DNA of 64,000 nucleotides. It comes from Escherichia phage EC128. Position numbers and translations under genes: made by a program. How positions within the stretch are numbered: position 1 is the stretch's first letter; every line of letters starts with the position of its first letter. The notes under the pieces were generated by a model. It searched no databases and was not told where the DNA came from. It saw only the letters and a list, made by a program, of their open reading frames with translations. Shown here piece after piece: positions 28,868-39,339 of this stretch. Where the stretch lies: sequence record ON210139.1; one strand, 5' to 3'.

Positions 28868-29883
28868 AAATTTTAAATTTAGGTGATTGGCATTTAGGCG
28901 TTAAAGCTGATGATGAGTGGATTCGCGGTATTCAAATTGATGGAATTAAACAAGCAATAGAATATTCTAAGAAAAATGGAATTACTACCTGGATTCAATA
29001 CGGTGATATTTTTGATGTGCGAAAAGCAATCACGCATAAAACTATGGAGTTTGCCCGTGAAATAGTTCAAATGCTTGATGGTGCTGGAATCACATTACAT
29101 ACTATTGTAGGAAATCACGATCTTCACTACAAAAATGTAATGCATCCAAATGCCTCTACTGAGCTTTTGGCTAAATATCCTAATGTTAAAGTATATGATA
29201 AGCCTACTACAGTAGATTTTGACGGATGTTTGATTGATTTAATTCCTTGGATGTGTGAAGAAAATACTGGTGAAATTCTTGAGCATATCAAAACTTCATC
29301 TGCTTCTTTTTGTGTTGGTCACTGGGAACTGAATGGATTTTATTTTTATAAAGGAATGAAATCTCACGGTCTTGAACCTGATTTCCTTAAGACTTATAAA
29401 GAAGTGTGGTCTGGTCACTTCCATACTATCTCTGAGGCTGCAAACGTCAGATATATTGGGACACCATGGACACTAACTGCAGGTGACGAGAATGACCCTC
29501 GTGGGTTCTGGATGTTTGATACAGAAACAGAACGAATGGAATTTATTCCAAACAATACTACCTGGCATCGTAGAATTCATTATCCATTTAAAGGAAAAAT
29601 TGACTATAAAGATTTTACAAATCTATCAGTACGTGTTATAGTAACTGAAGTAGACAAAAATCTGACGAAGTTCGAATCTGAACTAGAAAAAGTTGTGCAT
29701 TCATTACGAGTTGTGTCAAAGATTGATAACTCTGTCGAGTCAGATGACAGTGAAGAAGTTGAAGTTCAATCGCTTCAGACGTTGATGGAAGAATACATTA
29801 ATGCAATTCCAGACATCACTGATTCTGACCGTGAAGCACTTATTCAATATGCAAATCAGTTATATGTAGAGGCAACACAATGA
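28864..29883 (+). CDS. 47: recombination nuclease subunit gp47 (Mre11/SbcD-like)
   Basis: phosphoesterase motifs GDWHLG, GNHD; 339 aa. Confidence 0.9.
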   Translation: MKILNLGDWHLGVKADDEWIRGIQIDGIKQAIEYSKKNGITTWIQYGDIFDVRKAITHKTMEFAREIVQMLDGAGITLHTIVGNHDLHYKNVMHPNASTELLAKYPNVKVYDKPTTVDFDGCLIDLIPWMCEENTGEILEHIKTSSASFCVGHWELNGFYFYKGMKSHGLEPDFLKTYKEVWSGHFHTISEAANVRYIGTPWTLTAGDENDPRGFWMFDTETERMEFIPNNTTWHRRIHYPFKGKIDYKDFTNLSVRVIVTEVDKNLTKFESELEKVVHSLRVVSKIDNSVESDDSEEVEVQSLQTLMEEYINAIPDITDSDREALIQYANQLYVEATQ

Positions 29884-30143
29884 CTTTTGATGAATTTAAA
29901 AATGTTATGATGGGTCAGCATTTTGAATGCGAAGTAAAAGATGATATTGGGCATAAAGAAATTATTGAATATTGGTTTGAACCGCTAGAGGTTGAAGATA
30001 ATTGTATTAAAAAGGTTACGGTCTGCACTGATTGGGCTGTATCTTTTAACTTCAACATTTTAGATAATGACACACCTAAATCATTACGAGATATGGCTGT
30101 ATCTTGTATTAAGGATGCATACTGTGAAGTTTTCGACATTTGA
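29880..30143 (+). CDS. hypothetical protein
   Basis: 87-aa ORF, ATGA overlap. Confidence 0.5.
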   Translation: MTFDEFKNVMMGQHFECEVKDDIGHKEIIEYWFEPLEVEDNCIKKVTVCTDWAVSFNFNILDNDTPKSLRDMAVSCIKDAYCEVFDI

Positions 30144-30330
30144 CATTAATGATGAATTCATAGCAAATATTGATTACACCGAAGAAGATTCTAGATATGT
30201 TGGAATAATTTATATCACATCAAAAGCAGCACAAGGTGTTGTTTGCATGGCTGAATTTGATGAATACTTTTTAGATTATGATGATATGATAGAATGGTCT
30301 AAAAGATACATTAAAAGGAATCTTTTGTGA
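30115..30330 (+). CDS. hypothetical protein (start uncertain)
   Basis: SD AAGGA then ATG 30115. Confidence 0.4.
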   Translation: MHTVKFSTFDINDEFIANIDYTEEDSRYVGIIYITSKAAQGVVCMAEFDEYFLDYDDMIEWSKRYIKRNLL

Positions 30331-32009
30331 AGAATTTTAAACTAAACCGAGTTAGGTATCAAAATATAATGTCAGTAGGTGGAAATCCTATTGACATTCA
30401 ACTAGATAAGGTTCAAAAAACTCTTATTACTGGACGAAATGGCGGTGGTAAGTCTACTATGTTAGAAGCCATCACATTTGGGCTTTTTGGCAAGCCATTT
30501 CGTGATGTAAAGAAAGGTCAATTAATAAACAGCACAAATAAGAAAGAACTTTTAGTTGAACTGTGGATGGAATATGATGAGAAAAAGTACTATATCAAAA
30601 GAGGACAAAAACCAAACGTTTTCGAAATCACCGTTAACGGTACACGTCTTAATGAATCTGCCAGCAGTAAAGATTTCCAAGCAGAATTTGAACAGCTTAT
30701 CGGAATGTCATATGCCAGTTTCAAGCAGATTGTTGTCCTTGGTACAGCAGGGTATACCCCTTTCATGGGTTTGTCGACCCCTGCGCGAAGAAAGCTTGTG
30801 GAAGACCTGCTTGAGGTAGGAACATTAGCTGAAATGGATAAGCTTAATAAAGCACTAATACGTGAATTAAATTCACAAAACCAAGTGCTTGATGTTAAAA
30901 AAGATAGTATTATCCAACAAATTAAAATATATAATGATAATGTTGAACGCCAGAAAAAATTAACTGGTGAAAACCTTATTCGTCTGCAAAATATGTATGA
31001 TGATTTGGCAAAAGAAGCTAGAACGCTAAAATCGGAAATAGAAGAAGCTAATGAAAGATTAGTTAATATTGTTTTAGATGAAGACCCGACTGATGCATTT
31101 AATAAAATCGGTCAAGAAGCAGTTTTAATTAAATCAAAAATTGACTCGTATAATAAAGTCATTAATATGTATCACGAAGGTGGATTATGTCCAACCTGTT
31201 TGTCACAATTAAGTTCCGGTGATAAAGTTGTTTCTAAAATTAAAGATAAAATTTCTGAATGCACGCATTCGTTTGAACAGCTTTCAACACATCGTGATAA
31301 TTTAAAAGTTCTTGTTGATGAATACCGAGATAATATTAAAACTCAGCAGTCGTTGGCAAATGATATTCGCAATAAAAAGCAATCTCTGATCGCAGCAGTA
31401 GATAAAGCTAAAAAAGTTAAAGCGGCTATAGAAAAAGCATCTTCTGAGTTTATTGACCATGCTGATGAAATAGCACTGCTTCAAGAAGAACTTGATAAAA
31501 TTGTTAAGACAAAAACTAATTTAGTAATGGAAAAATACCACCGAGGAATTTTGACTGATATGCTCAAAGATTCTGGTATTAAAGGTGCTATTATTAAAAA
31601 GTACATTCCATTATTTAATAAGCAGATTAACCATTATCTTAAAATAATGGAAGCGGATTATGTGTTTACATTAGATGAAGAATTTAATGAGACAATTAAA
31701 TCCCGTGGTCGCGAAGATTTTAGTTATGCTTCATTTAGTGAAGGTGAAAAAGCGCGAATTGATATTGCTCTTTTATTTACTTGGCGTGATATTGCTTCTA
31801 TTGTATCTGGTGTTAGTATTAGTACATTAATACTCGATGAAGTGTTTGATGGGTCATTTGATGCCGAAGGTATTAAAGGTGTAGCTAATATTATAAATTC
31901 AATGAAAAACACTAATGTTTTTATAATTTCGCATAAAGACCATGACCCGCAAGAATACGGTCAGCATCTTCAAATGAAGAAAGTTGGTCGATTTACTGTA
32001 ATGGTTTAA
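30327..32009 (+). CDS. 46: recombination nuclease/ATPase subunit gp46 (Rad50/SbcC-like)
   Basis: Walker A GRNGGGKST, coiled coil with CPTC zinc hook, Walker B LILDEVFD; GTG start; 560 aa. Confidence 0.9.
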   Translation: MKNFKLNRVRYQNIMSVGGNPIDIQLDKVQKTLITGRNGGGKSTMLEAITFGLFGKPFRDVKKGQLINSTNKKELLVELWMEYDEKKYYIKRGQKPNVFEITVNGTRLNESASSKDFQAEFEQLIGMSYASFKQIVVLGTAGYTPFMGLSTPARRKLVEDLLEVGTLAEMDKLNKALIRELNSQNQVLDVKKDSIIQQIKIYNDNVERQKKLTGENLIRLQNMYDDLAKEARTLKSEIEEANERLVNIVLDEDPTDAFNKIGQEAVLIKSKIDSYNKVINMYHEGGLCPTCLSQLSSGDKVVSKIKDKISECTHSFEQLSTHRDNLKVLVDEYRDNIKTQQSLANDIRNKKQSLIAAVDKAKKVKAAIEKASSEFIDHADEIALLQEELDKIVKTKTNLVMEKYHRGILTDMLKDSGIKGAIIKKYIPLFNKQINHYLKIMEADYVFTLDEEFNETIKSRGREDFSYASFSEGEKARIDIALLFTWRDIASIVSGVSISTLILDEVFDGSFDAEGIKGVANIINSMKNTNVFIISHKDHDPQEYGQHLQMKKVGRFTVMV

Positions 32010-32064
32010 TTTATAAGAGATTATGCTTTAATTTATTAGAGTATAATCTCTATGGAGGAAAAAC

Positions 32065-32253
32065 ATGGAATATTCAACTGGACAGCATCTATTAACTTTT
32101 CCTGAAATAAAACGATATATTCTGAGAAATAATTTTTCTAATGAAGAGCATATAGTTACTGAATCTATGCTTAGGAATGCATTTAAAGCAGAATATACAA
32201 AAATAATGTCCAATAGAAATGAAGCTTGGACTGTTACTGATTATTATGACTAA
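32065..32253 (+). CDS. hypothetical protein
   Basis: 62-aa ORF with SD GGAGGAAAAACATG. Confidence 0.5.
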   Translation: MEYSTGQHLLTFPEIKRYILRNNFSNEEHIVTESMLRNAFKAEYTKIMSNRNEAWTVTDYYD

Positions 32254-32262
32254 AGGTGTATT

Positions 32263-32652
32263 ATGACTAAAATTACTGTGAATTATACTGTTGATGTAAA
32301 AGATATTCAGCCAAAACACGTGCGTTCTGAATCAAATCCACAAAACCAAAATAAAATTCGTCGAGCATGGGTTTTGTCTCTTTCTGATAACGCAATGGAA
32401 GTTATTCAGAACAAAATTAAATCTGCACCTGCTCGTCATGCGTATTATGAAGCTATCGATCGTGAAGTAAGTAATAAATGGATTGAACTAATGCGCAAAC
32501 ATACTACAGAATCCCTAAACGCCGGTGCTAAATTTATTATGACTTCATGTGGTGAACGCCTTGAAGATGATTATTGCGGTAATGCAGATGAACGTCTAAT
32601 TGTTGCTGCTCAAATTGTCGCTGAAACAATTGCGGCTGATTTTAATCGTTAA
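32263..32652 (+). CDS. rpbA: RNA polymerase-binding protein RpbA
   Basis: 129 aa; lies between 46 and 45. Confidence 0.7.
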
Positions 32653-32653
32653 T

Positions 32654-32678
32654 TGCTTTATTAAATTAGTTATAAAAT
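32654..32678 (+). promoter_or_regulatory. middle promoter candidate for gene 45
   Basis: TGCTTTA 32654-32660, TATAAAAT downstream. Confidence 0.45.
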
Positions 32679-32707
32679 TAAATCTCATTTGAATTGAAGG
32701 AAATTAC

Positions 32708-33394
32708 ATGAAACTGTCTAAAGATACTACTGCTCTGCTTAAAAATTTCGCTACTATTAACTCCGGTATTATGCTTAAATCCGGTCAATTTATTATGACT
32801 CGCGCAGTTAATGGTACAACTTATGCAGAAGCAAATATTTCTGACGTTATTGATTTTGATGTAGCGATTTACGATTTGAACGGTTTTCTCGGTATTCTGT
32901 CTCTAGTTAATGATGATGCAGAAATTTCCCAGTCAGAAGATGGAAATATTAAAATTGCTGATGCTCGTTCAACAATTTTTTGGCCAGCAGCCGATCCGAG
33001 TACAGTAGTTGCTCCTAATAAACCAATTCCATTCCCGGTAGCATCTGTTGTTACTGAAATTAAAGCTGAAGACCTTCAACAACTGTTGCGTGTATCTCGC
33101 GGTCTGCAGATTGATACAATTGCTATCACAGTAAAAGAAGGTAAAATCGTAATTAACGGTTTTAATAAAGTAGAAGATTCTGCTTTGACCCGTGTTAAAT
33201 ATTCTTTGACTCTTGGTGATTATGATGGTGAAAATACATTTAATTTCATTATCAATATGGCAAATATGAAAATGCAACCAGGAAATTATAAACTTCTGCT
33301 CTGGGCAAAAGGTAAACAAGGTGCTGCTAAATTTGAAGGTGAACACGCGAATTATGTAGTAGCTCTTGAAGCTGATTCTACCCACGACTTTTAA
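32708..33394 (+). CDS. 45: sliding clamp gp45
   Basis: 228 aa; heads the 45-44-62-regA-43 array. Confidence 0.9.
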   Translation: MKLSKDTTALLKNFATINSGIMLKSGQFIMTRAVNGTTYAEANISDVIDFDVAIYDLNGFLGILSLVNDDAEISQSEDGNIKIADARSTIFWPAADPSTVVAPNKPIPFPVASVVTEIKAEDLQQLLRVSRGLQIDTIAITVKEGKIVINGFNKVEDSALTRVKYSLTLGDYDGENTFNFIINMANMKMQPGNYKLLLWAKGKQGAAKFEGEHANYVVALEADSTHDF

Positions 33395-33398
33395 TAAA

Positions 33399-33413
33399 GG
33401 GCTTCGGCCCTTT
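33399..33413 (+). terminator. UUCG-tetraloop terminator/stability hairpin
   Basis: GGGC-TTCG-GCCC then TTT. Confidence 0.55.
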
Positions 33414-33445
33414 ATAATTTACACTAAAACTTGAATGAGGAAATT

Positions 33446-34405
33446 ATGATTACTGTAAATGAAAAAGAACACATTCTTGAACAGAAATATCGTCCATCTA
33501 CTATCGATGAATGTATTCTTCCCGCCTTTGATAAAGAAACCTTTAAATCTATTACAAGTAAAGGTAAGATTCCACATATTATTCTTCATTCTCCTTCTCC
33601 AGGAACAGGTAAAACAACCGTAGCAAAAGCATTGTGTCATGATGTAAATGCTGATATGATGTTTGTGAATGGGTCAGATTGTAAAATTGATTTCGTTCGT
33701 GGTCCTTTGACTAATTTTGCCAGCGCCGCTTCATTTGATGGTCGTCAAAAAGTAATCGTTATTGATGAATTTGACCGCTCAGGGTTAGCAGAGTCTCAGC
33801 GACATCTTCGTTCCTTTATGGAAGCTTATAGTTCAAACTGTAGTATTATTATTACTGCTAACAATATTGATGGTATTATTAAACCACTTCAGTCACGCTG
33901 TCGAGTTATTACATTCGGTCAACCGACCGATGAAGATAAAATTGAAATGATGAAGCAGATGATTCGTCGATTGACTGAAATCTGTAAGCATGAAGGAATT
34001 GCTATAGCTGATATGAAAGTTGTAGCAGCTTTGGTTAAAAAGAATTTTCCTGATTTTCGTAAAACTATTGGCGAGCTCGATAGTTATTCATCTAAAGGTG
34101 TTTTGGATGCTGGTATTTTATCACTGGTTACTAACGATCGTGGTGCTATTGATGATGTTCTTGAGTCTCTCAAAAATAAAGATGTTAAACAACTCAGAGC
34201 TTTAGCACCAAAATATGCAGCTGATTATTCGTGGTTCGTGGGTAAACTTGCTGAAGAAATCTATTCACGTGTAACACCACAGAGTATTATTCGTATGTAC
34301 GAAATTGTCGGCGAAAATAATCAGTATCATGGTATTGCAGCTAATACGGAATTGCATCTAGCTTATCTTTTCATTCAGTTAGCATGTGAAATGCAGTGGA
34401 AGTGA
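33446..34405 (+). CDS. 44: clamp-loader ATPase gp44
   Basis: Walker [11 protein letters not shown]; 319 aa from ATG 33446. Confidence 0.9.
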
Positions 34406-34406
34406 T

Positions 34407-34970
34407 ATGAGCTTATTTGAAGATGATATTCAATTAAACGAGCATCAAGTTGCTTGGTATTCAAAAGATTGGACCGCTGTCCAATCCGCTGCTGATTCTT
34501 TTAAAGAAAAAGCTGAAAATGAATTTTTTGAAATAATTGGAGCTATTAATAATAAAACTAAATGCTCTATTGCTCAAAAAGATTATTCAAAATACATGGT
34601 TGAGAATGCATTATCACAATTTCCTGAATGCATGCCAGCTGTATATGCAATGAATTTAATCGGTTCTGGATTAAGTGATGAAGCTCATTTTAATTATCTG
34701 ATGGCTGCAGTTCCTCGTGGTAAAAGATATGGTAAATGGGCAAAACTGGTTGAAGATTCCACCGAAGTATTGATTATTAAGTTACTTGCTAAACGGTATC
34801 AAGTTAATACAAATGATGCAATTAACTATAAATCAATTCTTACTAAAAATGGAAAACTTCCTTTAGTATTAAAAGAACTAAAAGGTTTAGTCACGGATGA
34901 TTTTTTGAAAGAAGTGACTAAGAACGTAAAAGAACAGAAACAACTCAAAAAACTAGCATTGGAATGGTAA
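34407..34970 (+). CDS. 62: clamp-loader subunit gp62
   Basis: 187 aa, immediately after 44. Confidence 0.85.
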   Translation: MSLFEDDIQLNEHQVAWYSKDWTAVQSAADSFKEKAENEFFEIIGAINNKTKCSIAQKDYSKYMVENALSQFPECMPAVYAMNLIGSGLSDEAHFNYLMAAVPRGKRYGKWAKLVEDSTEVLIIKLLAKRYQVNTNDAINYKSILTKNGKLPLVLKELKGLVTDDFLKEVTKNVKEQKQLKKLALEW

Positions 34971-34971
34971 A

Positions 34972-35340
34972 ATGATTGAAATTACTCTTAAAAAACCTGA
35001 AGATTTTCTGAAAGTAAAAGAAACTTTGACTCGTATGGGAATTGCTAATAATAAAGATAAAGTTCTGTATCAGTCCTGTCATATTCTTCAGAAAAAAGGA
35101 CTATATTATATCGTTCATTTTAAAGAAATGCTTCGTATGGATGGTCGCCAAGTTGAAATGACAGAAGAAGATGAAGTTCGTCGTGATTCGATTGCATGGC
35201 TGTTAGAAGATTGGGGACTGATTGAAATCGTTCCTGGTCAAAGAACTTTTATGAAAGATTTAACTAATAACTTCCGAGTTATTTCTTTTAAACAAAAACA
35301 TGAATGGAAACTCGTTCCTAAATATACGATTGGTAATTAA
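34972..35340 (+). CDS. regA: translational repressor RegA
   Basis: 122 aa, between 62 and 43. Confidence 0.85.
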   Translation: MIEITLKKPEDFLKVKETLTRMGIANNKDKVLYQSCHILQKKGLYYIVHFKEMLRMDGRQVEMTEEDEVRRDSIAWLLEDWGLIEIVPGQRTFMKDLTNNFRVISFKQKHEWKLVPKYTIGN

Positions 35341-35344
35341 GCAA

Positions 35345-35364
35345 GGGGCTTCGGCCCCTTATTT
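35345..35364 (+). terminator. UUCG-tetraloop terminator/stability hairpin
   Basis: GGGGC-TTCG-GCCCC then TTATTT. Confidence 0.6.
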
Positions 35365-35418
35365 GGAGTATAATATATCAAGAGCCTAATAACTCGGGCT
35401 ATAAACTAAGGAATATCT

Positions 35419-38115
35419 ATGAAAGAATTTTATATCTCTATTGAAACAGTCGGAAATAACATCGTTGAACGTTATATTGATGAAAACGGAAAGGAACGTA
35501 CTCGTGAAGTAGAATATCTTCCGACTATGTTTAGGCATTGTAAGGAAGAGTCAAAGTACAAAGACATCTATGGTAAAAATTGCGCTCCTCAAAAATTTCC
35601 ATCAATGAAAGATGCTCGAGATTGGATGAAGCGAATGGAAGACATCGGTCTCGAAGCTCTCGGTATGAACGATTTTAAACTCGCTTATATCAGTGATACA
35701 TATGGTTCAGAAATTGTTTATGACCGAAAATTTGTTCGTGTAGCTAACTGTGACATTGAGGTTACTGGTGATAAATTTCCTGACCCAATGAAAGCTGAAT
35801 ATGAAATTGATGCTATCACTCATTATGATTCAATTGACGATCGTTTTTACGTCTTTGATTTGTTGAATTCAATGTACGGTTCAGTATCAAAATGGGATGC
35901 AAAGTTAGCTGCTAAGCTTGACTGTGAAGGTGGTGATGAAGTTCCTCAAGAAATTCTTGACCGAGTAATTTATATGCCATTTGATAATGAGCGTGATATG
36001 CTCATGGAATATATCAATCTTTGGGAACAGAAACGACCTGCTATTTTTACTGGTTGGAATATTGAGGGATTTGACGTTCCGTATATCATGAATCGCGTTA
36101 AAATGGTTCTCGGTGAACGCAGTATGAAACGTTTCTCTCCAATCGGTCGAGTAAAATCTAAACTAATTCAAAATGTGTACGGTAGCAAAGAAATTTATTC
36201 TATTGATGGCGTATCTATTCTTGATTATTTAGATTTGTATAAGAAATTCGCATTTACTAATTTGCCGTCATTCTCTTTGGAATCAGTTGCTCAACATGAA
36301 ACCAAAAAAGGTAAATTACCATACGACGGTCCTATTAATAAACTTCGTGAGACTAATCATCAACGATACATTAGTTATAACATCATTGACGTAGAATCAG
36401 TTCAAGCAATTGATAAAATTCGCGGGTTTATCGATCTAGTTTTAAGTATGTCTTATTACGCTAAAATGCCTTTTTCTGGTGTAATGAGTCCTATTAAAAC
36501 TTGGGATGCTATTATTTTTAACTCATTGAAAGGTGAACACAAGGTTATTCCTCAACAAGGTTCGCACGTTAAACAAAGTTTTCCGGGTGCATTTGTGTTT
36601 GAACCTAAGCCAATTGCTCGTCGATATATTATGAGTTTTGACTTGACGTCTCTGTATCCGAGTATTATTCGTCAGGTTAACATTAGTCCTGAGACTATTC
36701 GTGGGCAGTTTAAAGTTCATCCAATTCATGAATATATCGCAGGAACAGCTCCTAAACCGAGTGATGAATATTCTTGTTCTCCGAATGGATGGATGTATGA
36801 TAAGCATCAAGAAGGTATCATTCCAAAGGAAATCGCTAAAGTATTTTTCCAGCGTAAAGATTGGAAAAAGAAAATGTTCGCTGAAGAAATGAATGCCGAA
36901 GCTATTAAAAAGATTATTATGAAAGGCGCAGGGTCTTGTTCAACTAAACCAGAAGTTGAACGATATGTTAAGTTCAGTGATGATTTCTTAAATGAACTAT
37001 CGAATTATACTGAATCTGTTCTCAATAGTCTGATTGAGGAATGTGAAAAAGCAGCTACACTTGCTAATACAAATCAGCTGAACCGTAAAATTCTCATTAA
37101 CAGTCTTTATGGTGCTCTTGGTAATATTCATTTCCGTTACTATGATTTGCGAAATGCTACTGCTATCACAATTTTCGGCCAAGTTGGTATTCAGTGGATT
37201 GCTCGTAAAATTAATGAATATCTGAATAAAGTATGCGGAACTAATGATGAAGATTTCATCGCAGCAGGTGATACTGATTCGGTATATGTTTGCGTAGATA
37301 AAGTTATTGAAAAAGTTGGTCTTGACCGATTCAAAGAGCAGAACGATTTAGTTGAATTCATGAATCAGTTCGGTAAGAAAAAGATGGAACCTATGATTGA
37401 TGTTGCATATCGTGAGTTATGTGATTATATGAATAACCGCGAGCATCTGATGCATATGGACCGTGAAGCTATTTCTTGCCCTCCACTTGGTTCAAAGGGC
37501 GTTGGTGGATTTTGGAAAGCGAAAAAGCGTTATGCTCTGAACGTTTATGATATGGAAGATAAACGATTTGCTGAACCGCATCTAAAAATCATGGGTATGG
37601 AAACTCAACAGAGTTCAACACCAAAAGCAGTGCAAGAAGCTCTCGAAGAAAGTATTCGTCGTATTCTTCAGGAAGGTGAAGAGTCTGTCAAAGAATACTA
37701 CAAGAACTTCGAGAAAGAATATCGTCAACTTGACTATAAAGTTATTGCTGAAGTAAAAACTGCGAACGATATAGCAAAATATGATGATAAAGGTTGGCCA
37801 GGATTTAAATGTCCGTTCCATATTCGCGGTGTGCTAACTTATCGTCGAGCTGTTAGTGGTCTGGGTGTAGCTCCAATTTTGGATGGAAATAAAGTAATGG
37901 TTCTTCCATTGCGTGAAGGAAATCCATTTGGTGACAAGTGCATTGCTTGGCCGTCGGGCACAGAACTTCCAAAAGAAATTCGTTCTGATGTACTGTCTTG
38001 GATTGACTACTCAACTTTGTTCCAAAAATCGTTTGTTAAACCGCTTGCGGGTATGTGTGAATCGGCTGGTATGGACTATGAAGAAAAAGCTTCGTTAGAC
38101 TTCCTGTTTGGCTGA
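35419..38115 (+). CDS. 43: DNA polymerase gp43 (family B)
   Basis: 898 aa; exonuclease FDIE and polymerase YGDTDS motifs. Confidence 0.95.
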   Translation: MKEFYISIETVGNNIVERYIDENGKERTREVEYLPTMFRHCKEESKYKDIYGKNCAPQKFPSMKDARDWMKRMEDIGLEALGMNDFKLAYISDTYGSEIVYDRKFVRVANCDIEVTGDKFPDPMKAEYEIDAITHYDSIDDRFYVFDLLNSMYGSVSKWDAKLAAKLDCEGGDEVPQEILDRVIYMPFDNERDMLMEYINLWEQKRPAIFTGWNIEGFDVPYIMNRVKMVLGERSMKRFSPIGRVKSKLIQNVYGSKEIYSIDGVSILDYLDLYKKFAFTNLPSFSLESVAQHETKKGKLPYDGPINKLRETNHQRYISYNIIDVESVQAIDKIRGFIDLVLSMSYYAKMPFSGVMSPIKTWDAIIFNSLKGEHKVIPQQGSHVKQSFPGAFVFEPKPIARRYIMSFDLTSLYPSIIRQVNISPETIRGQFKVHPIHEYIAGTAPKPSDEYSCSPNGWMYDKHQEGIIPKEIAKVFFQRKDWKKKMFAEEMNAEAIKKIIMKGAGSCSTKPEVERYVKFSDDFLNELSNYTESVLNSLIEECEKAATLANTNQLNRKILINSLYGALGNIHFRYYDLRNATAITIFGQVGIQWIARKINEYLNKVCGTNDEDFIAAGDTDSVYVCVDKVIEKVGLDRFKEQNDLVEFMNQFGKKKMEPMIDVAYRELCDYMNNREHLMHMDREAISCPPLGSKGVGGFWKAKKRYALNVYDMEDKRFAEPHLKIMGMETQQSSTPKAVQEALEESIRRILQEGEESVKEYYKNFEKEYRQLDYKVIAEVKTANDIAKYDDKGWPGFKCPFHIRGVLTYRRAVSGLGVAPILDGNKVMVLPLREGNPFGDKCIAWPSGTELPKEIRSDVLSWIDYSTLFQKSFVKPLAGMCESAGMDYEEKASLDFLFG

Positions 38116-38128
38116 TAGAATAAATCTA

Positions 38129-38149
38129 GGGACCTCCAGGTCCCTTTTT
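38129..38149 (+). terminator. rho-independent terminator
   Basis: GGGACC-TCCA-GGTCCC then TTTTT. Confidence 0.65.
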
Positions 38150-38206
38150 CATACAAGTAATATAAATCTATACTTAGGAAAAATAGATGATTCTAGGTCC
38201 TGTAAA

Positions 38207-38310
38207 TTCATTAAAAATTTTTTCACAAAACTGTTTACAAGACTGTTCTTCCATGGTACTATACAACTATCAACTACTGATACAGATTTGGAGAATAAAA
38301 TGAAAATTGT
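38207..38310 (+). repeat. PeSL-like module, copy B
   Basis: GTTTAC 38233-38238; 38255-38306 identical to 9591-9642. Confidence 0.6.
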
Positions 38311-38536
38311 TATGGGGTGCTTAGCAGTTTGTTTAGTTGCATTAGCAGCAGTTCCATTTGTTAGTGTTGAAAATGATACTCAACCTGTGATTGAATCTAG
38401 CACCGTTATTCACACTAATGGTAAAATATCAGTTAAAATTGATGATAATCTTCATGTGAATACTAATGGAACGCTGGGTGTTCAATTAGGTAATATCTGT
38501 GTAAGCACTACTGGAGTAATTACTACTTGTATTTGA
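38300..38536 (+). CDS. small secreted/membrane protein
   Basis: 78 aa from ATG 38300, hydrophobic N-terminus. Confidence 0.5.
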   Translation: MKIVMGCLAVCLVALAAVPFVSVENDTQPVIESSTVIHTNGKISVKIDDNLHVNTNGTLGVQLGNICVSTTGVITTCI

Positions 38537-38546
38537 GGAAATTATT

Positions 38547-38927
38547 ATGAAAATCGCTATTTTGGTTATTGCATTAGGTCTTACTGGTTGTGTAGCTCAA
38601 GGACCGGTAGTAAATCAGTCTGATGTAGGAAAAATTGTAAACTGTTCAAGCAAATTTTATAATCCTAATGTCAAGTGTTATAAAGAAGCTCCAAAACAGA
38701 CAGTAGAACAAATGCAGGCGAATTTTGACGAGGCTATTCGTCCAGATGAATCTGCTCAAGCATATCGTAATTCGGATGTAATTACACGCGAAGAAAAAAT
38801 TGAAAACTACTGTGCAGAACTTTGGGCAAATTGGGCTAATAATTACCAATGGCGTACAGGTAAAAATGCTCCGATGGAGTATGTAGTGAATTCTTATAAT
38901 TCATGTGTAAAAAATTTGACTAAGTGA
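38547..38927 (+). CDS. putative lipoprotein
   Basis: signal peptide with lipobox LTGC. Confidence 0.55.
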   Translation: MKIAILVIALGLTGCVAQGPVVNQSDVGKIVNCSSKFYNPNVKCYKEAPKQTVEQMQANFDEAIRPDESAQAYRNSDVITREEKIENYCAELWANWANNYQWRTGKNAPMEYVVNSYNSCVKNLTK

Positions 38928-38934
38928 GGAAAAC

Positions 38935-39186
38935 ATGGAAACTTTAGTAGCAGGTTCAATTTTTATGGTTTTAGTTTCAGGTGTGTTGGCTATTATTATA
39001 TACATGCTTCCATGGTTTATCGCCTTGATGCGTGGGTCAAAATCGACAGTAGGAATCTTTTTCACATCTTTACTGTTTAACTGGTCAATCATTGGTTGGT
39101 TTATTACATTTATTTGGTCAATTGCAGGTGAAACTAAAAAGTCTGCGCAGCCAAATCAGGTAATTATCATCAGAGAGAAGGAATGA
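38935..39186 (+). CDS. imm: immunity (superinfection exclusion) membrane protein Imm
   Basis: 83 aa, two transmembrane helices, between 43 and 42. Confidence 0.6.
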   Translation: METLVAGSIFMVLVSGVLAIIIYMLPWFIALMRGSKSTVGIFFTSLLFNWSIIGWFITFIWSIAGETKKSAQPNQVIIIREKE

Positions 39187-39332
39187 AAAGCAAAATTATA
39201 GCAGCATTGCTTTTAATCTTGATGGTTATAATAAGTATATACTATAGTGTAACGGTTCCTCTTATGATTCCAACTATTATTTTAGGTTGGAGTTTATTAC
39301 TGTTACAAATTAAATATGAATGCATCAATTGA
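39183..39332 (+). CDS. small membrane peptide (49 aa)
   Basis: hand-translated; ATGA overlap with imm. Confidence 0.35.
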   Translation: MKSKIIAALLLILMVIISIYYSVTVPLMIPTIILGWSLLLLQIKYECIN

Positions 39333-39339
39333 GGTTTAA

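Noticed and set aside
32969-33385. 138-aa minus-strand ORF antisense to gene 45
   Set aside because: Entirely within the sliding-clamp gene on the opposite strand, no start signals; treated as spurious.
36523-36810. Minus-strand ORFs inside gene 43 (also 36997-37182, 37615-37821)
   Set aside because: Fully nested antisense in a conserved polymerase gene with no RBS; shadow ORFs from AT-rich composition.
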